Origin: Planctomycetota bacterium
Lineage (GTDB): Bacteria; Planctomycetota; SZUA-567; H5-PLA8
Length of the DNA stretch: 17,977 nucleotides
Assembly: GCA_045863855.1 (NCBI GenBank)
Contig: BTVV01000125.1
Coordinates: 1-17,977 of the forward strand
Direction: 5' to 3'
The notes under the pieces are model-generated. The model worked only from the letters and a program-made list of their open reading frames with translations, was not told the DNA's origin and did not search any database. A program made the position numbers and the translations under genes. This document shows positions 6,356 through 14,482 of this stretch, one piece after another (position 1 is the stretch's first letter; the number at the start of each line of letters is the position of its first letter).

Positions 6356-9094
6356 TCAGCGCGGGGACAGCATTCCTTTTAGAATACTTTCGGCCGCATC
6401 CAAGGCTTCGGAGAGTTTATCCGGTTCGCTGCCGCCGCCTTGGGCCATGTCGGGCTTTCCGCCGCCCTTCCCGCCCACTTTCGCGGCTAGTTCGCGCATC
6501 AGGTTCCCGGCGTGCGCGCCGCGCGCCACAAGTTCCTTGGGCACGCTGACGAGCAGCGCAGCCTTGCCGTCTTTCGCGCCGCCCAGCACCACGGCGGCCT
6601 CGGGCAGCTTCTTGCGGATCCCGTCGAGCGTCTCGCGCAGCGTGGCGGCGTCGGCGTTGAGTACCGCCGCGGCGAGCAGCTTCGCGCCGTCCACCTCTTT
6701 GACCTGATCGAGCACCGACGACGCCGCGGCCGATGCGGCTTGCCGTTGCAGAGCGGAAAGTTGCTTCTCCAGCGCGGACTTTTCCTCCTGCAGCGCCGTC
6801 AGGCGGTCGAGGAGATCCTCGCGGCGCGTCTTCAGCGTGTGCGCGAGCGTCCCGAGCGTCTGTTCGGCCGCGCGCGCTTCGGCCACCGCTCCGCTTCCGG
6901 TAAGCGCCTCGATGCGGCGAACGCCGGCGGCCACCGCGCCTTCGCTCGCCAGCCGGAAATACCCGATCTGCCCCGTGCGCGCGACGTGAGTGCCGCCGCA
7001 GAGTTCCTTGCTGGGGCCCATCGCCACCATGCGCACCTTGGAGCCGTACTTTTCGCCGAAGAGCGCCATCGCGCCAGCCTTCTTCGCTTCGTCCGGCGTC
7101 GTCTCCACGGTCTCGACCGGAAAATCGTCCTGAATCCAGCCGTTCACGCGCGCTTCGATTCGGGCCAGCAGCTCGGCGCCGACGGACTCGGAATGCGTGA
7201 AATCGAAGCGCAGCCGCTCGGGCGCGACCAGCGAGCCGCGTTGTTCGACGTGCGTGCCCAGCAACTGGCGCAGCGCGAGGTGGAGCAGATGCGTGGCCGA
7301 GTGGTTCTTCAGCGTCGCGGCACGGCGGCGTTCGTTCACCGAAACGCGAACGAACTCGCGGACTTCGAGCGTCCCGAAGGGAATCTCGATGTGGTGGAAG
7401 ATCAGATTTTCGAGCTTCTGCGTATCGACGACCTTGGCGCGCGTGCCGGAACCGGTGAGCGTGCCGCGGTCGCCGACCTGCCCGCCCGACTCGGCGTAGA
7501 AGGGCGTGCCGTCGAGGAGCACGATGGCCGCGCCGCTGTAGGCGATCTCCACCATCTGCCCGTTCTGGACAATGGCGAGCACCTCGGCGTCGTCGACGGC
7601 GAGCTGGTCGTAGCCCATGAATTCGGTGGGCTGCTTGGCGAAGATGCGCGCGATCTCGGCCAGCGGGCCGGACTTGAAGATCTCGCCGGCCATGTCGGAG
7701 CCGGAGCGGGAGCGTTCTTTCGCCGCTTCCAGTTCGGACTCGTAACCGGTCAAATCAACCTTGATGCCTTCGGAATCGGCCGACTCCACCGTGAGTTCGA
7801 TGGGAAACCCGTAGGTATCCCAGAGTTTGAACGCATCGGCGCCCGAGAGCATCCGCGCGCCGGATTTACGCAGGCTCGCGATCCGTTCGACGAAATGTTG
7901 CCTTCCGTGCGTGAGCGTACGGTCGAAGTTCTTCTCTTCTTCCGTGATCGTCCGCTGAATCGCATCTTCTTTCTTCGCGAGGCTCGGGTAACCGACCTTC
8001 ATCTGCCGGATCACCGCGCTGGCCACCGCCGGCAGAAAGAGCCCTTCGATGCCCAATTCGCGGCCGTCGAGCATCGCTCGGCGCATCAGGCGGCGCACCA
8101 CGTAGTTGCGCCCTTCGTTCTTGGGCGGCACGCCGTCGTGAATCGCGATGACCGCAAAGCGGACATGGTCGGTGATCCGCCGCATGCGCCGGTCGTCGTC
8201 CGCGTTCTTTCCGTACGCCTTTCCGGCGAGCTTCCCGACTTCCAGCACGACCGGGAAGAGCAGGTCGATCTCGTAGTTGTTGGGCTTGCCTTGGATCACG
8301 CGCGCCATGCGTTCCAGGCCCGAGCCCGTATCGATGTTCTTTTGCGGAAGCGGCTTCAGCACGCCGACGTCGCGGCGGTCGAATTGAGTGAAGACGAGGT
8401 TCCAGATCTCGCAGTAGCGCTTTTCGTCTTCGGTGACGGGGACCGGCGGCGGAACTTTGCTCGGATCGTCGTTCCACGCCGGATGCGTGTCGTAGTAAAT
8501 CTCGCTGCAAGGCCCGCACGGACCGTTGGGGCCCAGGCTGGGCGCGTCGGCCGGCCAGAAATTATCGTGCTCGCCGTATTCATGAATGCGCCAACCGCCG
8601 GAAATGCGTTCGTCTTTCAGCCACGGCGCGAAGCGCTGCCACGCGGCGATGGCTTCCTGATCCTTCTCGATCTTGAGCTTCTCGTCGCCCTTGAAGACGG
8701 TGACGCTGAGCCGGCGCGGATCGAGGCCCAGGCCGCGCGCGGCATCCGTGAGGAACTCGACGGCCCATTCGATCGCTTCGGTCTTGAAATAATCGCCAAA
8801 GCTGAAGTTGCCCAGCATCTCGAAGCAAGCGTGATGGTTCGGCGTGCGCCCGACGTTCTCGATGTCGCTGGCGCGGACGCAGGGCTGCACGGTCACGGCG
8901 CGTTGGTGCGGATGGTCCAGCTTGGCGATCCCGGCGAAGTGGTCTTTGAACTGGTTCATCCCGGCGCCGGTGAAGAGCACGCTGGGATCGTTGGCGGGCA
9001 CCAGCGAATCGGCGGGCACGTGCAAGTGCCCCTTGGATTTGAAGAACTCGATCCACCGGCGGCGGATCTCGTCGGTCGTCAGGAACGTCGGCAT
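6356..9094 (-). CDS. alaS: Alanine--tRNA ligase
   Basis: AGMNQFK, FEMLGNFSFGDYFK, GPCGPCSEI, EIWNLVF, IDTGSGLER, DTYGFP, TPFYAESGGQVGD, editing motifs HSATH and ELCGGTH, and C-Ala GGKGGGKPDMAQGGG. Confidence 0.98.
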   Translation of the reverse strand: MPTFLTTDEIRRRWIEFFKSKGHLHVPADSLVPANDPSVLFTGAGMNQFKDHFAGIAKLDHPHQRAVTVQPCVRASDIENVGRTPNHHACFEMLGNFSFGDYFKTEAIEWAVEFLTDAARGLGLDPRRLSVTVFKGDEKLKIEKDQEAIAAWQRFAPWLKDERISGGWRIHEYGEHDNFWPADAPSLGPNGPCGPCSEIYYDTHPAWNDDPSKVPPPVPVTEDEKRYCEIWNLVFTQFDRRDVGVLKPLPQKNIDTGSGLERMARVIQGKPNNYEIDLLFPVVLEVGKLAGKAYGKNADDDRRMRRITDHVRFAVIAIHDGVPPKNEGRNYVVRRLMRRAMLDGRELGIEGLFLPAVASAVIRQMKVGYPSLAKKEDAIQRTITEEEKNFDRTLTHGRQHFVERIASLRKSGARMLSGADAFKLWDTYGFPIELTVESADSEGIKVDLTGYESELEAAKERSRSGSDMAGEIFKSGPLAEIARIFAKQPTEFMGYDQLAVDDAEVLAIVQNGQMVEIAYSGAAIVLLDGTPFYAESGGQVGDRGTLTGSGTRAKVVDTQKLENLIFHHIEIPFGTLEVREFVRVSVNERRRAATLKNHSATHLLHLALRQLLGTHVEQRGSLVAPERLRFDFTHSESVGAELLARIEARVNGWIQDDFPVETVETTPDEAKKAGAMALFGEKYGSKVRMVAMGPSKELCGGTHVARTGQIGYFRLASEGAVAAGVRRIEALTGSGAVAEARAAEQTLGTLAHTLKTRREDLLDRLTALQEEKSALEKQLSALQRQAASAAASSVLDQVKEVDGAKLLAAAVLNADAATLRETLDGIRKKLPEAAVVLGGAKDGKAALLVSVPKELVARGAHAGNLMRELAAKVGGKGGGKPDMAQGGGSEPDKLSEALDAAESILKGMLSPR

Positions 9095-9151
9095 GGGAAC
9101 CTCGAATGCGCAAGCAACTCCGCGGCGACTCCCGGCGCGCGGGGACCGTTA

Positions 9152-9179
9152 AGGATAGGGGCACGGCTTAGGGGCGCAA
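9152..9179 (-). promoter_or_regulatory. Possible sigma70-type promoter for alaS-dedA
   Basis: Minus strand TTGCGC (9179-9174), 16-nt spacer, TATCCT (9157-9152), about 58 nt upstream of the alaS ATG. Confidence 0.45.
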
Positions 9180-9212
9180 CGGCAGGGAATGCGGAAGCAG
9201 GGTATTCAAAAC

Positions 9213-9818
9213 CTAATCTATCCACTTGCATTTACCATCCACGCGCCAATTCTTCTGCCAGTATTCCACATATTGCGCTTCGGACTGCTCGCGGCAGCCC
9301 GCTTGCTTTAGGAATGTCAGGAGTTCGCGTTTCATGCGTGTCATGGAACCCATGTCAAGTAAGGCCATGCCCTCATAGCCCAACATGGTAAAGCTGGAGG
9401 GCAAGTGTACGCTCTTGCATGCCACTCCTTTGCCAACTTGGGTGTAGCTGACCTTGGGAAGCACCTGTCTTACATTTCTATAGCTGGCTCCCTTGGGCCA
9501 TGGCAATCCTCGATCACCGAAAGCCAGTAACAGTTTTCTCAGTCGCGCAGGCAGCGACCGCCATGAACGCCTGAACACAACTCCATAAAACGCAATTTCA
9601 ACAACAGAGTAGCCGCATGACAATATCTCTAGACCGTCTTTCGGACATTTGAAAAGCGTTTCCGGATGCCATCCCCAAAATGGTTCACCGGGCACGGGCC
9701 AGGGCTGGCCTCTTTCCCGAACCATAACGTGATCCGGGAACTCCATAATCTCCACGACGTCGTAGAAATGACCCTTCTTGAACCAGTGAGTTCGGTCAGA
9801 AATGCAGCGGAGCATCAT
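9213..9818 (-). CDS. Hypothetical protein (~201 aa, Trp/Cys-rich, low GC), third gene of the TA cassette
   Basis: Open frame fills the gap between the PIN gene and the alaS leader. AGGAGG at 9833-9828 lies 9 nt before ATG 9818 (the ORF track uses ATG 9842). No family recognised. Confidence 0.7.
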   Translation of the reverse strand: MMLRCISDRTHWFKKGHFYDVVEIMEFPDHVMVRERGQPWPVPGEPFWGWHPETLFKCPKDGLEILSCGYSVVEIAFYGVVFRRSWRSLPARLRKLLLAFGDRGLPWPKGASYRNVRQVLPKVSYTQVGKGVACKSVHLPSSFTMLGYEGMALLDMGSMTRMKRELLTFLKQAGCREQSEAQYVEYWQKNWRVDGKCKWID

Positions 9819-9831
9819 GGGTGGCAGCCTC

Positions 9832-10236
9832 CTAGACTCCATGCTCTCTCAGGTACTCCGTCGGCCTCAGGACCAGGACTCCGGCAATCCACTTTCCATA
9901 CTGCGAACTGAAGTGCTTCGCGTCTCCCGTAAGCAAGTAAGAGCACTTTGCGGTCACCGAGGCAGCCAAAATCGGACGATCCTTTTCGGGCAGTTTGGCG
10001 GCTTCTTGTGGTACAAAGCCCGGTGCGTCAGCCACGACTTCCATTCGAACGGTCAAGACGGTCAAACGATCGGCAGGAGGTCCGGAGCCGAAGTTGCGCC
10101 GGGCTTCTTCAATGGCGTAATGAGAGGTGACCAGCGTCGCGTACTTCAAGCGCCACAACGCACGCAAGCCGGACGAGGTACTCCAAGCCGCTGAGAACAG
10201 CACGTTCGCGTCGAGGAATAGACGATTCCGACTCAA
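9832..10236 (-). CDS. PIN-domain (VapC-like) putative toxin/ribonuclease
   Basis: LFLDANVLFSA...IEEARRN...EKDRPILAAS...LLTGDAKHF carries the acidic PIN catalytic residues. TTG start overlaps the antitoxin stop (TTGA). Confidence 0.9.
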   Translation of the reverse strand: MSRNRLFLDANVLFSAAWSTSSGLRALWRLKYATLVTSHYAIEEARRNFGSGPPADRLTVLTVRMEVVADAPGFVPQEAAKLPEKDRPILAASVTAKCSYLLTGDAKHFSSQYGKWIAGVLVLRPTEYLREHGV

Positions 10237-10523
10237 GGCTTATGGTGCGGAATCTTGTCCGGATCCAAGCCTAGCTTTCGAACTTCTCGTCGCGCGCGCT
10301 TGTAGTCCGAGGCATCGACTGCGTTGTTCAGCAAGAACTCGGCTTTGCGCTCGCCGGTATAAATCTCCACGGGTACGGCCACGGCGGGACGCAGGAGCAT
10401 GCCTTCTTCGCGTGCTTCGGCGACCACCAACGCGCCTTCGTCGATACCGTAGCGCTTGCGCCATTTGGCCGGTATGACCAACGTTCCACGCTTCCCGATT
10501 CTAATTGCTTCCTTGAGCCCCAT
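10233..10523 (-). CDS. AbrB/MazE/SpoVT-family DNA-binding antitoxin
   Basis: IGKRGTLVIPAKWRKRYGIDEG...GMLLRP swapped-hairpin signature; GGAG SD; lies directly upstream of the PIN gene. Confidence 0.9.
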   Translation of the reverse strand: MGLKEAIRIGKRGTLVIPAKWRKRYGIDEGALVVAEAREEGMLLRPAVAVPVEIYTGERKAEFLLNNAVDASDYKRARREVRKLGLDPDKIPHHKP

Positions 10524-10536
10524 AGTCTTAATCTCC

Positions 10537-10561
10537 GATAATCAGATTATCTGATAATCAG
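10537..10561. promoter_or_regulatory. Putative TA operator: three alternating GATAATC/GATTATC units
   Basis: GATAATC-A-GATTATC-T-GATAATC-AG, 14 nt upstream of the antitoxin start, forming overlapping palindromes. Confidence 0.7.
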
Positions 10562-10681
10562 TAAAATGAAAGGCTAAAGTGACCCGGCAATGGCTTTTGC
10601 ATGGCCATTCAGCTCCGCCCTTGGCAGTCAGGGAAACCGTGTAAGCTGTCGAAAGCATGCAGCGCCTCCGGGAGAACCGAC

Positions 10682-10945
10682 ATGGCCAAAGGACAGCACC
10701 TCTCGCAGTACCAGAAGGGCATCGTCAAGCGTTACTACGAGAACAAGGAGACGATCAACACGCAGAAGCTGGGCGAGCTGGTCAGCGACCTGTACCTCGA
10801 AGAGAACGCCAAGAAGGCCGAGAAGAAGTGGAAGAGCGTCGAGACGGCGCTCCTGAACGCTGGCGCCAACGCCGCGCGCGTGCAGCGCATCGTCGAGACG
10901 AAGGACCTAAAAAAACTCGCTGAACTGGCCGGCGAATTGTTCTGA
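10682..10945 (+). CDS. Small helical hypothetical protein (87 aa)
   Basis: GGAGA SD before ATG 10682; strong third-position G/C codon bias; sequence MAKGQHLSQYQKGIVKRYYENK... Confidence 0.85.
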   Translation: MAKGQHLSQYQKGIVKRYYENKETINTQKLGELVSDLYLEENAKKAEKKWKSVETALLNAGANAARVQRIVETKDLKKLAELAGELF

Positions 10946-10954
10946 CGGCTTGCG

Positions 10955-13360
10955 CTACCCGCGCCGCAGCCAGTAATCGACCAGTAGCGCCGCGAGCAGC
11001 AGCCCCAGCAGAAGCTGGGGATTCACCACCGGCGCGCGCTCTTCGCGCTCGACCATTTCCGGCTTGAGCGGTCCGGCGGCGAGTTCTTCCACCAGCGCGG
11101 CGATTCCTTCCGGCGTGGGCGGAACCAGCCGGCTTCCCGGCGCGCCGGCGCGGACCGCGGCTTCCAGCGCGGCGGTATCGGGACCGCGGTCCTGTGCTTC
11201 GAGCGGGGCTCCCTCTACGATCAGGCCCATCCGGTCGCGCCCGATTTCCGAATCGTCCGGAGCCAGCGCGCGCGCGAGGAGCAGGTATTCTCCGGCGCGT
11301 TCGATGGGCGCCGCAGCGTCGAGCACTCCCGCGACGAAGCGTTCCCGATCGGCCGCGGCGCCGATGCCGCGTTCGACGTTCCGTAGCGCGCGCCAAGCGA
11401 GCGGCGGGAGCGGTGCCTCCGGCGCCGGCGCGGGCAGCAGTGCGAACTCGACGCGCGCGCTCGAAACGCCCTCGGGCAAACGGACGCCGACGCGCGCCTG
11501 GAGCGGTTCGCCCAGATTCCAATGCTGCCGCGCGAGGTAAAGGCGCACGGAGGGCTCGGCGCCCCGGTCGGCGCCGGCGGCCCAGGAGACGAGTTTGTTC
11601 CAAAAGGTTTCGGCCAGCGCCACGCTGCCCGTCCGCTCCGGATCGCCGGGGGCCGGCGTCAGCCAGCGCCAGGATTCGCCGCAGGCCAGCAGCGCCACGC
11701 GCCCGCGCCCTACGCGGCCTATACTTAACAGCGGTCGCGCTCCGGTTTGGAGCAGCACGCTCGTACCGTCGCGCGGCTGCGTGAAGCCCTCCCAAGCCCA
11801 CGTCGCGCCCCACGCACGCCAAGGCTCACCGCCCTGCGCATAGGCCCATGCGGTCAATTCGTGCACCCGCGCGGCTTCGGTGCCACGCACCGGTTCGGGA
11901 CGGCCGGCAGGCGCGGCGACATCCACCGGCGCGGACCATTCGCGAAACAGCAGCGCATCTTCCAACGGCGTGCCTTGAAATCGCGCCGCGGCCTCCGCGG
12001 CCGGTTCGTTGCAGACCCAGATCAACCCCAACTCGCCCTGCTCCAGTGCGACCCGCAGCTTTGCCTGCTGGCGCTCTGAAAGGTGGCGCGGATCGGGTTC
12101 GAGCCAAACCCACGTACCGGCGCGCGATGCGGCGGGGACACCCTCGTCGAACCACGCTCGCGCGAGGTCTTCGACGGGCCATGACGGAGCGAGGCCATCG
12201 GAACCGGGCTCGGGCCGCGCGAAGTCAGGTATCGTCAGTACACGCGGCCCGTCGGCGCGCGCCAGGACGGCGCGCAGTGCGCGGTAATCGTGCCCTAGGC
12301 GCGAAGCAATCAGCGCCACGCGCCGTTCGGGCGGACGCACGTCCACTTCCGCATAGGCGATGTTGTTCAGCGTACGCTCCTCGCCGTGCAGCGGTTCGAG
12401 CGCCATGCGCAGGCGGTAGTGTCCGGGTTGCCGCGGCGTGACGTGCAGGCGTACGGTCGTCCAGGCTGGAGCGGTGCGTAAACGGTGGCGCATGCTCTCG
12501 GTCGCGACCCACGGTCCGGCCTCGGCCGCTCCCAAAGGTCCACTGATCCAGAGCCGCGCGTTCGCGTCGGCCAACGGCCCGCTCAGATCCAGTCCACCGG
12601 CCACGAGATTAGCGCGCGCTTCGGCGCGCAAGCGCTGTCCGCCGCGTGGCGTGGCTTGCGCAGGTTCGCTCGATTCGCCGGTGTCGCCTTCAGGACGCAC
12701 GCTGAGTTCGAACAACGCGGCATCGGGGGCCGGTGACCGGACTTGCCCCAAAGTCAGCGCATAGAGCGGCACCCCCAAGCGCGCCCAAGGCAGCACGCCC
12801 GCTGCTAGCGGCCGGCCGGCATTGACGACGCCGTCGGTGAAGAGCACCACCGCGCCGGGTGGGCGTCCGTCACCTTCGTCCGTTGCGCGCGCGGCCCATG
12901 CGTCGAGCGCTTCACCCAAGGCGGATGCGCCCGCGCGTGGGTGCACGCTCGCGTCGTCGGGGTGGCGCGCTTCCAGGTTCGAGCCGGCATCGGCGGCGAA
13001 GGTCGTCCAACCGCGCGCGAGCGCGGCTTCCCGCAGCGCCACCAGGAGCGCGTCGCCCTGCTCGGCACGCGTGGGCGCGTCCGGGCCGTCGCGACGGGCC
13101 AGACTCTGACTGGCATCCACCAGCAACGCCAAGGCGTGCGGGCGTTCCGTGACGATGCGCTGAACCGAGGTGGGACGCAGGATGAGAAGTGCCGCACAGG
13201 CGAAGGCGATGGCGCGAAGCCCGAGCGCGCAGAGATTGGCCCAGACCGGCCAGGTGCGCCGCGTGCGCCAGGCGGCCAGGACCGCCAAGGCCCCTAAACC
13301 GGCGAGCGCCAAGCTCACGGCGGCCGGCGCGAACAGGGGCTGAAACTCTACGCGATCCAT
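10955..13360 (-). CDS. Membrane-anchored vWA-domain protein (two N-terminal TM helices, vWA, Ig-like and probable GATase-like regions, C-terminal TM ending WLRRG)
   Basis: LLVDASQSL (DxSxS) and VVLFTDG MIDAS elements, GRVGRGRVALL...ESWRW, and hydrophobic termini. Start moved to ATG 13360, giving a 13-nt overlap with the upstream gene. Confidence 0.8.
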   Translation of the reverse strand: MDRVEFQPLFAPAAVSLALAGLGALAVLAAWRTRRTWPVWANLCALGLRAIAFACAALLILRPTSVQRIVTERPHALALLVDASQSLARRDGPDAPTRAEQGDALLVALREAALARGWTTFAADAGSNLEARHPDDASVHPRAGASALGEALDAWAARATDEGDGRPPGAVVLFTDGVVNAGRPLAAGVLPWARLGVPLYALTLGQVRSPAPDAALFELSVRPEGDTGESSEPAQATPRGGQRLRAEARANLVAGGLDLSGPLADANARLWISGPLGAAEAGPWVATESMRHRLRTAPAWTTVRLHVTPRQPGHYRLRMALEPLHGEERTLNNIAYAEVDVRPPERRVALIASRLGHDYRALRAVLARADGPRVLTIPDFARPEPGSDGLAPSWPVEDLARAWFDEGVPAASRAGTWVWLEPDPRHLSERQQAKLRVALEQGELGLIWVCNEPAAEAAARFQGTPLEDALLFREWSAPVDVAAPAGRPEPVRGTEAARVHELTAWAYAQGGEPWRAWGATWAWEGFTQPRDGTSVLLQTGARPLLSIGRVGRGRVALLACGESWRWLTPAPGDPERTGSVALAETFWNKLVSWAAGADRGAEPSVRLYLARQHWNLGEPLQARVGVRLPEGVSSARVEFALLPAPAPEAPLPPLAWRALRNVERGIGAAADRERFVAGVLDAAAPIERAGEYLLLARALAPDDSEIGRDRMGLIVEGAPLEAQDRGPDTAALEAAVRAGAPGSRLVPPTPEGIAALVEELAAGPLKPEMVEREERAPVVNPQLLLGLLLAALLVDYWLRRG

Positions 13361-14379
13361 CCCTTCAACAACGACGGATCGATATTGCCGCCGCTTAGGA
13401 TCAATACCACATCGGCCTGTTCGGTGGGGGGCTGCGTGAAATCTTCCAGCAGCCCGGCCATCCAAGCCGCCACGGCCACCGCGCCGGAAGGTTCGACGAT
13501 CAGCTTCAGTTCCTCCGCCAGCAAGACGACCGCCTGCTTGACCTGCTCTTCGCTGACCGCGCGCATCTGGACTTCGCAGCGTTGCAGAATCGGAAAGGTG
13601 ATCGCACCCGGCGTAAGCGCGCGCAGCCCGTCGCAGACGGTGGCGGAAAGCGGTATGCCGACGCGTTCGCCCTTTTCCATCGACTGGCAGGTGTCATTCG
13701 CGGTGTCCGGTTCGACGCCAAACAGCGGGCCGGGAAATCCGCGCGCGCGCAAGCCGGCGCCCGTGCCGCTCATCAAACCGCCGCCGCCGACCGGACCGGC
13801 GACCAGCCGCAACCGCCGCGTGCGCGCGGGCAGACCCATCCACTGATCCATGATCTCGAGTCCGAGCGTCCCCTGCCCCGCGATGATGTGCGGATGGTCG
13901 TAACTCGGAATAACCGTCTGTCCGGTCGCCTCGGCGATTTCGAGCGCCTTGAGCTTGCGGTCTTCGGTGCTCTTGCCAGCGAAGACAACTTGCGCGCCCA
14001 TCGCTTCGACACGCTTGACCTTGACCGGATTGGCGTCTTCCGGAAGCACCACGGTGCAAGGATACGGTTGCCCGCGTTCGGCCCAGCCCAGATTGAATGC
14101 CGCAAGTCCCAGCGCTTGCCCGTGGTTCCCGCTGCTGAACGTGACGACGCCCTTGGCTTTGGCGGCCGGATCGAGCTGAGCAAGCGCGTTGAACGCTCCG
14201 CGCACCTTGAAAGAACCGGTGCGCTGCAGGTTTTCGGCTTTGAGCACCACGCGAAAGCCGGGGCGGTCGAGGGTCTCGGCGCGCAGCAGCGGCGTAATAT
14301 GCACGAAGGGCTTGATACGTTCGCGCGCAGCGCGCAGCAAATCGCCGCTGGGCTGCCAGGACGAGACCGGCGTACTCAC
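13348..14379 (-). CDS. PLP-dependent fold-type II serine racemase / hydroxy-amino-acid dehydratase family enzyme (no ACT domain)
   Basis: KAENLQRTGSFKVRGA (PLP lysine), SSGNHG, PVGGGGLMSG, EPSGA, SGGN; AGGAGG SD before GTG 14379. Confidence 0.92.
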   Translation of the reverse strand: MSTPVSSWQPSGDLLRAARERIKPFVHITPLLRAETLDRPGFRVVLKAENLQRTGSFKVRGAFNALAQLDPAAKAKGVVTFSSGNHGQALGLAAFNLGWAERGQPYPCTVVLPEDANPVKVKRVEAMGAQVVFAGKSTEDRKLKALEIAEATGQTVIPSYDHPHIIAGQGTLGLEIMDQWMGLPARTRRLRLVAGPVGGGGLMSGTGAGLRARGFPGPLFGVEPDTANDTCQSMEKGERVGIPLSATVCDGLRALTPGAITFPILQRCEVQMRAVSEEQVKQAVVLLAEELKLIVEPSGAVAVAAWMAGLLEDFTQPPTEQADVVLILSGGNIDPSLLKGWIA

Positions 14380-14399
14380 GAGATGCGGCCTCCTGTAAG

Positions 14400-14447
14400 T
14401 AAAAAGTAGTCCTGGTACGCGTTTCTTGGTACGTCTAAAAGGTAGTC
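14400..14447. repeat. Nested short direct repeats in a divergent intergenic region
   Basis: TAAAAAGTAGTC (14400-14411) and TAAAAGGTAGTC (14436-14447) enclose two TGGTACG copies (14413-14419, 14427-14433). Confidence 0.55.
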
Positions 14448-14482
14448 ATAGCCGAATCGAAGATACCGGAGGCGGGAGCGGC

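Noticed and set aside
9095..9212. Possible T-box riboswitch upstream of alaS
   Set aside because: The leader is too short and no T-box UGGNACC antiterminator motif or terminator was seen.
6512..9391. 959-aa plus-strand ORF
   Set aside because: Antisense shadow of alaS; long stop-free antisense frames are expected with high-GC codon bias, and it has no recognisable motif.
9200..10590. TA islet as a mobile element
   Set aside because: No transposase, integrase, terminal inverted repeats or target-site duplication were found by eye; only the composition shift suggests acquisition.
13361..13465. Longer N-terminus for the vWA gene given by the ORF track
   Set aside because: It would overlap the upstream enzyme by over 100 nt; ATG 13360 precedes the first TM segment and fits translational coupling.
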